Made by a program: the position numbers and the translations under genes. A stretch of 64,000 nt of DNA. It comes from an uncultured virus (IMG/VR IMGVR_UViG_3300009514_001431) (taxonomy: Duplodnaviria > Heunggongvirae > Uroviricota > Caudoviricetes). The first letter of the stretch is position 1; the number at the start of each line of letters is the position of its first letter. The notes under the pieces were generated by a model. It did no database searches. It was not told where the DNA came from and saw only the letters and a list, made by a program, of their open reading frames with translations. Shown here piece by piece: positions 1 to 9,016 of this stretch. The DNA is taken from the IMG/VR virus record IMGVR_UViG_3300009514_001431. One strand, written 5' to 3'.

Positions 1-456
1 TTATGCGTCGCATCTCCAGGGCCAATGTCCTTTCGCAAACAGGTCGAGGTAGTCGTTGTCGATGTGCCAGTGCTCCAGGGCACCCATGTAGTCAGCGCCC
101 GGTTTGTCCGGGTGGCCGGTGTAGTCCTCGGCGATCAGGTAGACGTTGCAGTACGTGAAATCGCCCTTGTCGATGCCCGTGGAATCCTGCCGCACGATCT
201 GCTTGAGCGCGTCCTCGCCCTCGTCCAGTGACACGAACTCAAAGCCGTTGGAGGATGCTCGACCAGGCTTGCCCAATTCGTCTTCGGGGAACCACTCGAT
301 GATCAGAAACGGGTACTCAAGCCCTGGCTGCTCCAGGCCCTCCAGTACCTCACGCGCATGGTCGGGCACCTTGGCCCACCACTCCACCGCGTCAGCGTTG
401 TATTGGAAGATGGACCCGACCCAAGCATTCCGTTTCTTGGCGACGTACACGAACAT
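1..456 (-). CDS. hypothetical phage protein
   Basis: 151-aa ORF with natural composition, last in a run of tightly packed minus-strand genes. Confidence 0.7.
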   Translation of the reverse strand: MFVYVAKKRNAWVGSIFQYNADAVEWWAKVPDHAREVLEGLEQPGLEYPFLIIEWFPEDELGKPGRASSNGFEFVSLDEGEDALKQIVRQDSTGIDKGDFTYCNVYLIAEDYTGHPDKPGADYMGALEHWHIDNDYLDLFAKGHWPWRCDA

Positions 457-463
457 GGCTCAC

Positions 464-904
464 TCAATCCCTTGCACCGAACCCGCCGGAGTAGACCATC
501 CTCGTATCGGCCGGGAAGATCTCGTAGTAATCGATGTCCGAGTACGAGGTTTTCTGAGTCCCATTGTTCGTCTTTTCGGCGTAGACGCGCTTGGCCTCGG
601 CTTCCTCGACCGGGCCGGTGACATCACACCACTGGTTGTCGAACCCATCGTAGATCCGCACGATAAACAGCTTGGGCTGTGTCTTCGCTTTGGCGGGCAA
701 GTGCCCCTCCAATTCTCCTTGGGAGGGGCGCTCCGGGTCGAGCCCCTGCATGACCTCGACCTTCTCCTTGAGGTCTGGCAGGAGTGCGCGGACGACCTTG
801 GCGTCCTTCGACCGTGAACGCTTCACCGCTTGATCGAGCATGGCCGCGATGGCGGCCCACTGCTCGCAGGTGTACGTGAGAGGGTTGGGGCGCGAGGCCA
901 TCAC
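464..904 (-). CDS. hypothetical protein; C-terminal domain paralogous to 28470..28673
   Basis: FIVRIYDG..QW..VTGPVEEAEA..NGT..YYEIFP aligns by eye with FVVRMWDG..RW..LTDPLSEAEA..NGT..YYMVFP. Confidence 0.75.
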   Translation of the reverse strand: MMASRPNPLTYTCEQWAAIAAMLDQAVKRSRSKDAKVVRALLPDLKEKVEVMQGLDPERPSQGELEGHLPAKAKTQPKLFIVRIYDGFDNQWCDVTGPVEEAEAKRVYAEKTNNGTQKTSYSDIDYYEIFPADTRMVYSGGFGARD

Positions 905-1197
905 TCACCTGCGTCTGTCTCTCCGGGGTCAGGCTCCCCAAGGGTGAAACAGCGATCGAGGTACGGCTCGATCTCCCTCGTACACCCAAGCACGCGCTTG
1001 GTGTTCTCGTCTCCGGTGTACTTGCTAGCTACGCCGACGCATTTGGCGTGGACGTACTGCACGGAGTCGAAGCATTGAGCCTTGTCAGTCGGAGGTGGCT
1101 GCGGGGGCCTGTCCTGGCAGGAGTGGATCGTACTGGCAAAGAACGCGAGCACGATTGCCGTCATGCCCAAGCTGAACACTACATGGATGCGAGTCAT
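901..1197 (-). CDS. small membrane-anchored or secreted Cys-containing protein
   Basis: hydrophobic N-terminus, five Cys, ATGA overlap with the next gene. Confidence 0.65.
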   Translation of the reverse strand: MTRIHVVFSLGMTAIVLAFFASTIHSCQDRPPQPPPTDKAQCFDSVQYVHAKCVGVASKYTGDENTKRVLGCTREIEPYLDRCFTLGEPDPGETDAGE

Positions 1198-1199
1198 GG

Positions 1200-1808
1200 C
1201 TACTTTCCAAACACGTTGACGGGCTCGTTGTCCTCACCCGTAGCAAAGGCGGCCTCGGTCTTGGCCGAGGTCACGATGGGGTAGTCAAGCACGGTCATTA
1301 CGCCGTCCCCGTCGAGATCCTTGGTCGGGGCAAGCTCGCCCATGACCGGCTTCGGATGGCCGGACATCCCCGCCCAAATCGAACCTCCGAACGACTGAAT
1401 GTGATCCGAGTAGCGTCTCTGCTTGTCGAGCAGTACGTCTTGGCCTCGCCTGAATTCAGCCCGGTTCGCCTCGATGGCGGTCTGCACCTTCGTATACATC
1501 TCCGGGGGCAACTTGAGGTCGCGGTCCTTGAACCATTGGAACGTCGCCTGCGAGCCCTTGTCCCCGTACTTGGCCGTCGTTTCCGTGACCAGGAGATCCT
1601 TGAAATCGTCCTTGTACTGTTGGGGCACCTGCGCGACCTCTTGGATCGTTTTCCACATCGAGTCGTAGGCGTTCTTGTTCGACTGGAATTGGGCGCGCGT
1701 GGTGTTCTCCAGCTTGACCGCCGTGTTGTAGAAACTGATGTAGCTGCCGATGATCGCCAGCAGCAGGATGGCGACGCTCACGATGGCGATTAGTAGTCCG
1801 CGATTCAT
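1200..1808 (-). CDS. LemA-like membrane-anchored coiled-coil protein
   Basis: N-terminal TM, then SFYN..VKLEN..AQ and a helical body ending IEANR..F...Q..L; near a TPM-like gene. Confidence 0.6.
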   Translation of the reverse strand: MNRGLLIAIVSVAILLLAIIGSYISFYNTAVKLENTTRAQFQSNKNAYDSMWKTIQEVAQVPQQYKDDFKDLLVTETTAKYGDKGSQATFQWFKDRDLKLPPEMYTKVQTAIEANRAEFRRGQDVLLDKQRRYSDHIQSFGGSIWAGMSGHPKPVMGELAPTKDLDGDGVMTVLDYPIVTSAKTEAAFATGEDNEPVNVFGK

Positions 1809-1832
1809 TGTCCTTGTCTCCTGTGTTGTGGG

Positions 1833-2021
1833 TCAGTACGGCCCTTGTTGGTTGACGAGCACGCCGTCTTTGTCGTCGTATCCGTAGATCACGGAGTCCG
1901 GCCACATATCCTTGCGGTAGCCTTCCGCCTCGATCTTGGAGTCACACGCCACGAGCACCGTCGCGGAATCCGTGTCTCCGTCCCAAGCGCGGGCGTCGTA
2001 GACCAGCCAGACCTCTACCAT
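1833..2021 (-). CDS. small hypothetical protein
   Basis: ORF from MVEVWLVYD, overlapping the stop of the upstream gene. Confidence 0.6.
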   Translation of the reverse strand: MVEVWLVYDARAWDGDTDSATVLVACDSKIEAEGYRKDMWPDSVIYGYDDKDGVLVNQQGPY

Positions 2022-3097
2022 CGTCGCCTCCGAAACCCGCTCTCGCGGAATCGTTGCCATCCCTGGTCACCGAATACATCCTCGCGGTGCATCCAGTAGG
2101 TGAGGCCCCCGCTCACGGCGATGGCAAGCACGTACAGCAGGAGCAGCCACCAACCCTCCGGGGAGGCGGCGGACGACAGGTACTCAAACTCGGCCATGGG
2201 GGTCCGGTGAAACTTACGCTCAACCTCCCCCTGAACGAACGGGATGATCTCAGGGTCGTTGAGCTTCCGGCCCTGGAGCCCGTCACGGAGGCTGATCTTG
2301 AGATCTTCGACCTCGCTGATCGTCACCACGCGAGCCCATGTGATCGTCTCCCCGTCCGTCCCCATGACGATGTTGAGAGAATTCTTGGGGCCGTACAGCC
2401 AGGCCGTCTCAACCGCGAACGCGAATTCGGGATCCTTGCGCTTGGTCAGGAGCACCGTCACGTCCACCTGGCGCTTGTTGCCGAGATCCGCATTCAACTC
2501 CAGCAGATCTGATTGCCAGGAGCGGGGCACTCGGGCGCCACCATGCGTGACGACCTTCTTGACCTTGTACCAGCTATGGACCTCCGGGTACGACGGGATG
2601 CCACTGAGGTCCGTGCCTTCGACCTCGTGCCGGAGGATGCTCTCAGGGTCGGCCTTGAGGTAGTTCGTGTAGCGGTGCGGAACCGAGGCGGGCTCGCCCA
2701 CGTAAGCCTTGGCCCACCAGCCAGGTGTCGAGCTTGACCCGTTGCACCCGTCATGGAGCACGTCACCCGTACTGACGGAGACATTCCAGTAGTTGTCGAA
2801 AGCGTGGTCGCATTCCTCGTGGCTCGACGTGCAATTGCCCTCGTCGTCGGTCGCGTCACAGACGGTACGACAGTGGCAACACGACTCAGTGCCGGAGTCC
2901 TTGTCGGTGATGCGCCCGTTCCAATTCTCGATCGACTGCATCGCGCCCCACCGGGCCAACGCAAAGGCGCCCACGATCAAAATGACCGAGGCGCCCATCT
3001 GCGCCAGAAACTCTTTCCAGGTGATCGTCGCGCGAAGAAAATAGAACGCACCGCCGCCGATCACGATGGGCACGAGCAGCAGACCGATCAGGCTCAT
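2015..3097 (-). CDS. multi-pass membrane protein with Cys-rich loop and TPM-like domain
   Basis: start MSLIGLLL (ATGA overlap); two N-terminal TMs, CCHC..C..C..C loop, QVDVTVLL..AWLYGPKNSLNIVMG resembling TPM/DUF477, C-terminal TM. Confidence 0.6.
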   Translation of the reverse strand: MSLIGLLLVPIVIGGGAFYFLRATITWKEFLAQMGASVILIVGAFALARWGAMQSIENWNGRITDKDSGTESCCHCRTVCDATDDEGNCTSSHEECDHAFDNYWNVSVSTGDVLHDGCNGSSSTPGWWAKAYVGEPASVPHRYTNYLKADPESILRHEVEGTDLSGIPSYPEVHSWYKVKKVVTHGGARVPRSWQSDLLELNADLGNKRQVDVTVLLTKRKDPEFAFAVETAWLYGPKNSLNIVMGTDGETITWARVVTISEVEDLKISLRDGLQGRKLNDPEIIPFVQGEVERKFHRTPMAEFEYLSSAASPEGWWLLLLYVLAIAVSGGLTYWMHREDVFGDQGWQRFRESGFRRRRW

Positions 3098-3381
3098 GGC
3101 TGAACCTCCGGCAACGCCTTCCACCATTCCACGAGGGGCAGCGGGGCCGAGGTGTAGCCCCAAAACGTGCCATCGTCGGTTGGCACGGCCGGGACCATCC
3201 GCCCGATCTGATCACTCCCAGGGCGCTTGATCTTGTTCTGGTCCTTCTCCGTGCAGGCCCGGCACATAAGCTCGATGTAACAGGCGAAGGTGTTGTACTG
3301 GCGCCACAGCTTGACGCGGTGCGCCTCGCACTTGGAGCACACATAGCCCTCGTGGATCGTCTCGTGGACACCGACAGTCAT
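3094..3381 (-). CDS. small zinc-finger-like protein
   Basis: CSKC and CRAC pairs; ATG at 3381 follows a copy of the promoter motif. Confidence 0.7.
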   Translation of the reverse strand: MTVGVHETIHEGYVCSKCEAHRVKLWRQYNTFACYIELMCRACTEKDQNKIKRPGSDQIGRMVPAVPTDDGTFWGYTSAPLPLVEWWKALPEVQP

Positions 3382-3388
3382 TTCCACC

Positions 3389-3733
3389 TTAACGCCGGTT
3401 CTCCGCCTTGGGAAACCTCTCCTTGAGCCAGGCATTCATCGCGTCGATCATGGCCTGGCGCTCGGGCGAGTCGTCCTCGCGGTAGCAGCCCACGGTGAAG
3501 CCATCGAAATCCTGATGGTAGAACTTGCCTCCGAAGCCGAGCGCGCCTTGAAAGCGCCACTCAAACGGCCACACCGCCTTGGCCCGCAGCCTTTCCCGCT
3601 CCGCAAAGTAGTGTTGCAGGGCAGCGGTAAACGACTTGGACTCCTGCTCGTCGTAGGTGCCCCTGCGCAAGCCACAAAGCTCCACGAGCTTGTCCCAAAT
3701 TTCCTTGCCGTCCTCGTCCGTGATCATTTTCAT
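3389..3733 (-). CDS. hypothetical protein
   Basis: natural-looking C-terminal part of ORF 3389..4060 from MKMITDEDG; contains EWRFQGALGFGGKF. Confidence 0.7.
   Translation of the reverse strand: MKMITDEDGKEIWDKLVELCGLRRGTYDEQESKSFTAALQHYFAERERLRAKAVWPFEWRFQGALGFGGKFYHQDFDGFTVGCYREDDSPERQAMIDAMNAWLKERFPKAENRR
3390..3416 (-). promoter_or_regulatory. putative promoter GTTTC-N15-GGCGTTA
   Basis: + strand taacgcc(3390-96) N15 gaaac(3412-16); 8 nt before ATG 3381. Confidence 0.6.
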
Positions 3734-4053
3734 GCGTTGAATTCTCCAAGGCGTACCATTGGTTCCCATACGCGAACTTTGATCAGCCCTTGAGCCTGGC
3801 GAAACTCTCGCCACGCACAGTGGCGAGCAAGGGCGTTGTGCCGTCGAAAGTAGCCGCGTCGCGCGACCTTTTTGGCAAGCCGCTTCTTGCGGCGACGAAC
3901 GGTGAAGCGCGCTAGGTCGCCGCCACCGTAGCTCATAGGTGTCACCGGCCAATCGGTAGGTTGAGGCCACTGCTTCGGCTTGGGCGCAAGCAGGTCCGCC
4001 CACGACAACCCAAAGCCGTCGAGGTTTATTCCGCCGAGATCTGTTTCGTCCAT
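3730..4053 (-). CDS. basic hypothetical protein
   Basis: ORF from MDETDLGG, Arg/Lys-rich second half, ATGA overlap. Confidence 0.6.
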   Translation of the reverse strand: MDETDLGGINLDGFGLSWADLLAPKPKQWPQPTDWPVTPMSYGGGDLARFTVRRRKKRLAKKVARRGYFRRHNALARHCAWREFRQAQGLIKVRVWEPMVRLGEFNA

Positions 4054-4409
4054 AGCGCACCCAAGGCCAGATCTTTGTTGCTCATGTCGATCTTGGCGAA
4101 CAGGTGCCACACGAGCCGGCCGCCGGCCATAAAGAACGTCCCGAGATGGATCGAATTCTCCACGAATTCCTCGGAAAGCAGGTGGCCGGTCCCGACCAGT
4201 GTGAATTCCACGGGCACCTTCTCAGCATCCTTGTTGACCAGGCACCACAGGGTAGGCACCTCAGTAGAGGGGTCACGGGAGTGTGGCTGTGCCCCAACGT
4301 GGACAACCTGCGCTCCCTTGGGAATTTCCAGGGTGAACGTGTCCTCGATCGGAAACGGGTATTTCCAGATGGCGAACGTCGGGTCGTCAGGGTCTATGTC
4401 CAGCACCAT
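4026..4409 (-). CDS. conserved phage hypothetical protein
   Basis: IWKYPF..LEIPKGAQVVHVG..PTLWCLV..VGTGH..HLGT..LVWHLF, a pattern common in small phage proteins. Confidence 0.75.
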   Translation of the reverse strand: MVLDIDPDDPTFAIWKYPFPIEDTFTLEIPKGAQVVHVGAQPHSRDPSTEVPTLWCLVNKDAEKVPVEFTLVGTGHLLSEEFVENSIHLGTFFMAGGRLVWHLFAKIDMSNKDLALGALWTKQISAE

Positions 4410-4453
4410 GATTGCCTTACTCCGTTTCGGCTCTGAAACAGCCTCAGATCACA

Positions 4454-4972
4454 CTACCCGTCCGTGTTCCTTCCCTCGATGGCTTCGGCCAAGACCTTCC
4501 ACTCGTTCTTGGCCGGATTCAGATCAGCTTGCCGCTGCACGGCCTCGGCGATCATGCCCCAAAACTGCTCGCTCGTGAATTCGACGGGCGGCGGGGCCTG
4601 CTGCTGTTCTTGGATCAGCCTACCGAGCACCGTTTCGTCGGCCCGATCCAGCCGGACCCTGAGCCCGTCGATCTGTCGGCGAAGCGCCGCCCTGGCTTCA
4701 TCTGGCTTGTCCCAATCGTCGGCCCAACTGGATCCCAACATCGCCGACAGCCTCTCGATGGCAAGGCTGAGATGGCCCTCGCGTAGTTTGTACGGGTAGA
4801 CGTAGCCGTAGCCCACGCGCTCCAACAGGAACGCGGCAGCCCTTACCACCTCTTCGTAGCGAGAGTTCAACCCTTCGCCGATGGCTTCGGGCAACGGCTT
4901 GTCCGAAAGGTTGTTTCCGAACCAATCGGCGGCCGTGTCGTTCGCGTAAGGCTCTGTTCCCCAAGCTCCCAT
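4454..4972 (-). CDS. DUF4259-like protein
   Basis: N-terminus MGAWGTEPYANDTAADW matches the MGAWG..F/Y-x-ND-x-A-x-DW signature. Confidence 0.7.
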   Translation of the reverse strand: MGAWGTEPYANDTAADWFGNNLSDKPLPEAIGEGLNSRYEEVVRAAAFLLERVGYGYVYPYKLREGHLSLAIERLSAMLGSSWADDWDKPDEARAALRRQIDGLRVRLDRADETVLGRLIQEQQQAPPPVEFTSEQFWGMIAEAVQRQADLNPAKNEWKVLAEAIEGRNTDG

Positions 4973-4977
4973 GGCTT

Positions 4978-5382
4978 TCACTCGATCCAGTCGTCGTAAA
5001 AGGTGAGGCTGTATTCGGCCCGCTCGTCGCCCTTCCATTCACGACGGCGCAACCAGTCTCCAGAACGATCTTGGCTCAAGACCACCGCCCCGCCTGATCG
5101 CTCCACGTTGAGGATCAGCCCACGCGGCCACCGTTCCCGATCCTTGGGGAAGCAGTCGAACCGGCCAAGCAATTCTCGGACCTGATCGAAGGTCATTTCG
5201 ATCTCGACCCACGAGTCCGGCCAGTTGAAAACGTGGACATCGGTAGACCCAAGATCGCGCGACTGCTCAACCCATCGCCCTCGCTTGACCCGGCCGCCGA
5301 GGGACGCGAGCTTGTACTGCTCCAACGTCTCATGGGCGTCCGTCCGTGAACGCGAGTTGCGTATGGCGAAGCGGTATTTCAC
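4978..5382 (-). CDS. hypothetical protein
   Basis: 134-aa ORF with GTGA overlap to the upstream gene. Confidence 0.65.
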   Translation of the reverse strand: MKYRFAIRNSRSRTDAHETLEQYKLASLGGRVKRGRWVEQSRDLGSTDVHVFNWPDSWVEIEMTFDQVRELLGRFDCFPKDRERWPRGLILNVERSGGAVVLSQDRSGDWLRRREWKGDERAEYSLTFYDDWIE

Positions 5383-5759
5383 AGGGCCTCGATGGCGGCT
5401 TCAAGGGCTTTGACCTTCTCGATCACGCGCGCCCAATCGTCCGCCGACAGGACGTTATGGCTGAAAAAGTTGGGCATCCCGTTGATCGCTCGCGGGCCTG
5501 CCTTGTCCATGTACTCGTAGAGCACGGTGATGTTGTTGTCCTCGTAGAATTGCCAGTGCTCGGCGGACATGAACACAGTGGTCATAAAGACCAGCCGCAC
5601 GTCCTCGGAACGCTGACAGTGGTTGGACGTGAAGATCTTGCCCGCGTGGAGGTCCACGGCAAGCTGCTTGATCTCGTCGTCACTCCGAGGCTCGTAGGGC
5701 GTGGGGGGCTCGGTGTTCTCGGCCTCGGTGTTCTCGGCCTCGGTGTTCTCGTCGGTCAT
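5379..5759 (-). CDS. hypothetical protein
   Basis: from MTDENTEAENTEAENTE; contains LYEY..KAGPRAINGMP.FFS. Confidence 0.75.
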   Translation of the reverse strand: MTDENTEAENTEAENTEPPTPYEPRSDDEIKQLAVDLHAGKIFTSNHCQRSEDVRLVFMTTVFMSAEHWQFYEDNNITVLYEYMDKAGPRAINGMPNFFSHNVLSADDWARVIEKVKALEAAIEAL

Positions 5760-6103
5760 TTGATCGGCTCCGCCACGTAGATCTCGCTCCACTCGTCCCC
5801 GGCGAGGTCCGAGTCCTCCCCTTCATCCTCCAGGTCGGCCGCGAACGACGACCCGTCGTCCAGCATCCAACCGCCCCCATCCTTCGTGCGAGTCAAGCGA
5901 AAAGCCCCGTCAGCCCGGCACGACTCCTTGTACCAGATGTAGAGCCACACGACCGAACCATCGGGGAGCTTGCGAAGCTCCCCCATCGTCAGCCGCCGCC
6001 CGCGACGAAACTTGGCGAGGTTGTCGTCGGCATCGAATTTGATCTCGATGCCGAGGTCGCCCGCCATCTTCTTAACTGCATCTTCCATGTCTTTGGTGCT
6101 CAT
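5756..6103 (-). CDS. hypothetical protein
   Basis: from MSTKDMED, ATGA overlaps at both ends. Confidence 0.7.
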   Translation of the reverse strand: MSTKDMEDAVKKMAGDLGIEIKFDADDNLAKFRRGRRLTMGELRKLPDGSVVWLYIWYKESCRADGAFRLTRTKDGGGWMLDDGSSFAADLEDEGEDSDLAGDEWSEIYVAEPIK

Positions 6104-6288
6104 GGTTCCTCGCGTCGAAGGAGCAAGCGGTATGCTCGGATCTTGTGGGCGTCTTTTCCGGCTCTGCGAAAACGCGGGCCAACAGCATCCTGGTCGGCCG
6201 CCTCCCTGGAATCGTAGGTCGAGAAAAACTCTCCCTGAGCGTCGAACAGCGCCCACAGGATCTTCGGGGGTTGCTTACGCTTGCTCAT
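6100..6288 (-). CDS. small hypothetical protein
   Basis: from MSKRKQPP, ATGA overlaps. Confidence 0.6.
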   Translation of the reverse strand: MSKRKQPPKILWALFDAQGEFFSTYDSREAADQDAVGPRFRRAGKDAHKIRAYRLLLRREEP

Positions 6289-6500
6289 GTTTGCTCCACC
6301 CATTCAATGTGCGTGTCGAAATTCATCCCGTGTTTGAGCGGGGTACAGCACGCGGGCGCATTGTAGATCCGCATCGCGGTTTGCCGCTCCTTGTCCTCGC
6401 CCTCGTGGACGTTGCGGCAGTGGTTCAGCACCTTCTTGCAGGTGTTGCAGCGGAGTAGGCCCGTGAAGATCACCGGGACTCTCCGCTCGGGTTGTTCCAC
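6285..6500 (-). CDS. small Cys-rich hypothetical protein
   Basis: CNTC..C..CC; fills the gap in the operon. Confidence 0.5.
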   Translation of the reverse strand: MEQPERRVPVIFTGLLRCNTCKKVLNHCRNVHEGEDKERQTAMRIYNAPACCTPLKHGMNFDTHIEWVEQT

Positions 6501-6826
6501 GAGAAATTGTCGGCTGCCTTGGTGCCGGCTTCAAACGCCTCTTGTGCGCTTGGATACGACTGCCCAAAGATCGGGTGGTCGCACGAGAACAGGTAGCGGA
6601 TCCGCAGGGATGTTGCGCGGTCGTAGTAGCCCGAGTAGTAGCCGATGTTTTGCGCGATGATACTCGCGGACTCGTTCTGGTCTTGCCCCGTCACCCGCAT
6701 GTGCCACTCGATCAGTTTGTCGAAATAGGCTGCGGCCTCGGCCTTGTCCGTAACCTTGGCGCAGGGCTTGTAGAGGTCACCAATGGTGGCCTTGTCGGGG
6801 ATGGGTTGGGTTCGGTAGTCGGACAT
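6470..6826 (-). CDS. hypothetical protein
   Basis: 118 aa, NIGYYSGYY..HPIFG. Confidence 0.75.
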   Translation of the reverse strand: MSDYRTQPIPDKATIGDLYKPCAKVTDKAEAAAYFDKLIEWHMRVTGQDQNESASIIAQNIGYYSGYYDRATSLRIRYLFSCDHPIFGQSYPSAQEAFEAGTKAADNFSWNNPSGESR

Positions 6827-7038
6827 CAGTAGCTCGATTCGCGTTGGGTGATCGTCTTGGCGAATTTCGGATCGGCGCCCATTTGCTCAGCAACCCGCTC
6901 GACTGCCGTGGGCGGAGCGCACTCGACCTGGAGCGGCTTGTAGAGGTCTTTGACCATCCACATCCCGAGCATGACCCCCAAGCACCACAGACACACACAG
7001 AGCGTGACCACATCACGTATGTCGATTCGGATCTTCAT
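6826..7038 (-). CDS. small membrane protein
   Basis: from MKIRIDIRD, one TM. Confidence 0.6.
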   Translation of the reverse strand: MKIRIDIRDVVTLCVCLWCLGVMLGMWMVKDLYKPLQVECAPPTAVERVAEQMGADPKFAKTITQRESSY

Positions 7039-7615
7039 CCGTGGGCCTTTCTGGAATGAAAACCAGCCTGTCTGCGGCGATGGCATCCTTTTTGTCGAGG
7101 AATTCGGTGAGCGCCTGTGTCACGAACTTGTCGTGGATCAGGTCGTACTCGGAGGGGTTGCGCTCGGGATTGTCGCTCGGCGCGGCTGTGGTGAGCGGGT
7201 CCAGGTGAGCCTCCCACCGTTCGGACAAGGCGCGAGGAATCCGAGCCCAAATCTGCTCGGGCTCACAGTTGGAGTAATCCCACCCATCGGCCGTCGCCAC
7301 ACGGCCGTCACGCATCCACACGGCCCCGCCCTCCAGGTAGTCACCGAGGACGCTAATGAAATTCCCCCAAACGAGCATGGCATGGCGGGGCGCGCCCGCA
7401 CGGGCACGTTCTGACGCTGCCTTGAAATGTTCGTTGGAATCGTGAAACACCCGTTCCATCCGCTCGCGGTCAATTTGCTTGCCGCCGATCACGGCCTCGG
7501 CCAGCGCGTCACGAGCCTTCTCCAAATACGGCCGTGGGTCAGGACGCTTGCGGCCCGGCGAGCCCACGGCAGACATCACCGCCTGCTCCACAATATCCAT
7601 CACGAACATCGCCAT
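7013..7615 (-). CDS. hypothetical protein
   Basis: about 200-aa ORF; start taken at the ATG just after the upstream stop. Confidence 0.7.
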   Translation of the reverse strand: MAMFVMDIVEQAVMSAVGSPGRKRPDPRPYLEKARDALAEAVIGGKQIDRERMERVFHDSNEHFKAASERARAGAPRHAMLVWGNFISVLGDYLEGGAVWMRDGRVATADGWDYSNCEPEQIWARIPRALSERWEAHLDPLTTAAPSDNPERNPSEYDLIHDKFVTQALTEFLDKKDAIAADRLVFIPERPTDEDPNRHT

Positions 7616-7617
7616 GG

Positions 7618-7893
7618 CTACACCGGATCCGTGTTGGCCGCCCACTTGGAAAAGGGGGCACAGGACTGTTTCTCGTCGTTGAGGGAGTACCCCTCGCGGT
7701 CATGGAGCGGGCCGTGGTCGAGCCGTTCCTTGAGGTCTTGAGCTTCGGCTACGACGACCGAGCCGTTGTCGATGTCAGCAAGCAGAGCATCGTATTCGGC
7801 GAGGCGCGCAAGCATCCAGCACACGGTACGTGCGTCGTCGTCCACGACCTTGTGGTCGTTCCAGTCCGCAAGCTGTTGGGCGAGCCAGGTCAT
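7618..7893 (-). CDS. hypothetical protein
   Basis: 91 aa, ATGA overlap. Confidence 0.65.
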   Translation of the reverse strand: MTWLAQQLADWNDHKVVDDDARTVCWMLARLAEYDALLADIDNGSVVVAEAQDLKERLDHGPLHDREGYSLNDEKQSCAPFSKWAANTDPV

Positions 7894-8234
7894 GCCGCTA
7901 CCCTCCAGTTGTCGGCAATGAAAGTGATCCCGATCTCACCATCCCACGGCATCGGCTCGTCGCGCCACACGTTCTGCTCGGGAACCTGGACCTTGGCGAC
8001 CATCTCGTCCAGGTGGGCTTGCGCACCCTCCAGGCTGTCGGCGCCGGTCGTGTGGTGCATCTTGGATCGAAGGCGCACCGGCTTGACCTTGCGAAAATCC
8101 GGCTCGATGGGGCCGGGCATCGGGTCTTCCTCAAAGAACGCCGCGTGGTAGGTGCCCGCCTCGACGTTGTGCAGAATGCACCAGATGTCCAAGGGGCCGC
8201 CCGTGTAGGTTCCGTCACCGTTGTTGATCAGCAT
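7890..8234 (-). CDS. hypothetical protein
   Basis: from MLINNGDG; RLRSKMHHT.G motif. Confidence 0.7.
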   Translation of the reverse strand: MLINNGDGTYTGGPLDIWCILHNVEAGTYHAAFFEEDPMPGPIEPDFRKVKPVRLRSKMHHTTGADSLEGAQAHLDEMVAKVQVPEQNVWRDEPMPWDGEIGITFIADNWRVAA

Positions 8235-8443
8235 GGCTTCACGAATTCCCAATCGTTGTCGATCAAATCAGCGAGGCTAGGTGTGAATTGGTCCCCTCCA
8301 ACCCAAAGCGAACGATATTGGTCGTTCCAGGTCGGATGGCGCCACTCAACATCGACAAGCTGTGCAGGCCAAGACGCACGCCGAAACGCATAGTCGATCC
8401 CCGGATTGTCGGCGATCTTCTCGGCGATCTTGGTGATCAGCAT
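8228..8443 (-). CDS. small hypothetical protein
   Basis: from MLITKIAE; ends P.LADLI.NDWE, a common small phage protein ending. Confidence 0.6.
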   Translation of the reverse strand: MLITKIAEKIADNPGIDYAFRRASWPAQLVDVEWRHPTWNDQYRSLWVGGDQFTPSLADLIDNDWEFVKPC

Positions 8444-8721
8444 GAGATGTAGTCCTCTGGCATCCCGAGCGGGATGCCTGTGAGAGTTGGGGCATCGGCA
8501 TAGGCGCGGCCGTCTTCGCCCGTCCAGCCCGTGCCCTCCAGGTTGTAGCGGCCAGGGATCGAGTAGAGGTAGCCCCGCTTGAGCGATACGACCAAACCCT
8601 CGACCTCGACCGCCGCGTACTTGTTGCCATCCCACCCGAGCACACGAACCTCGCGGATCGGTGCGGCCTTGCCGGACTCGTCACCGAGCGGCAGAATCGG
8701 GTAGTCGGTCCAGGCGCGCAC
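8437..8721 (-). CDS. small hypothetical protein
   Basis: AWTDYPI..LGD..GK.APIREV..WDGNKY..KRGYLY. Confidence 0.7.
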   Translation of the reverse strand: MRAWTDYPILPLGDESGKAAPIREVRVLGWDGNKYAAVEVEGLVVSLKRGYLYSIPGRYNLEGTGWTGEDGRAYADAPTLTGIPLGMPEDYISC

Positions 8722-8723
8722 GG

Positions 8724-8978
8724 CTAGTCCTCGTCAGCCGCTTTGAGTGCGATCTCGTAGGGCTGCTCATGGGGTGGAAGGCCGAGCGAGGTCAGGTGCT
8801 TGCACTTGCGGTGGGTCGTCCACCCCCGGCACGAGCAGCCCCAATGGCGCTTGTCCTTGTTCTGGCTCACGACGTACTTGCGGTTGCTCGACGCGGAGCG
8901 AACGTGAAACCGATTCTCCCACTGCCCGTTGGCGGGGAGAAGGTCGGCGCGATCTACTTTCAACACTGGCTTGGACAT
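8724..8978 (-). CDS. SWIM zinc-finger protein
   Basis: V.SASS.RKYVV..WGCSC.GW...CKH (CxC-xn-CxH). Confidence 0.8.
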   Translation of the reverse strand: MSKPVLKVDRADLLPANGQWENRFHVRSASSNRKYVVSQNKDKRHWGCSCRGWTTHRKCKHLTSLGLPPHEQPYEIALKAADED

Positions 8979-8989
8979 AGGTGACTCCT

Positions 8990-9016
8990 GTACGACGCTC
9001 ATTCGTCGTCCGAAAC
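8990..9016 (-). promoter_or_regulatory. putative promoter GTTTC-N15-GTCGTAC
   Basis: + strand gtacgac(8990-96) N15 gaaac(9012-16); 11 nt before ATG 8978. Confidence 0.6.

Noticed and set aside
5706..5750. 15-bp tandem repeat (also short repeats near 13066, 32290 and 33495-33620) as CRISPR or contingency loci
   Set aside because: In-frame coding repeats (AENTE, PE, PTPEG, PVA) with no spacers and no cas genes
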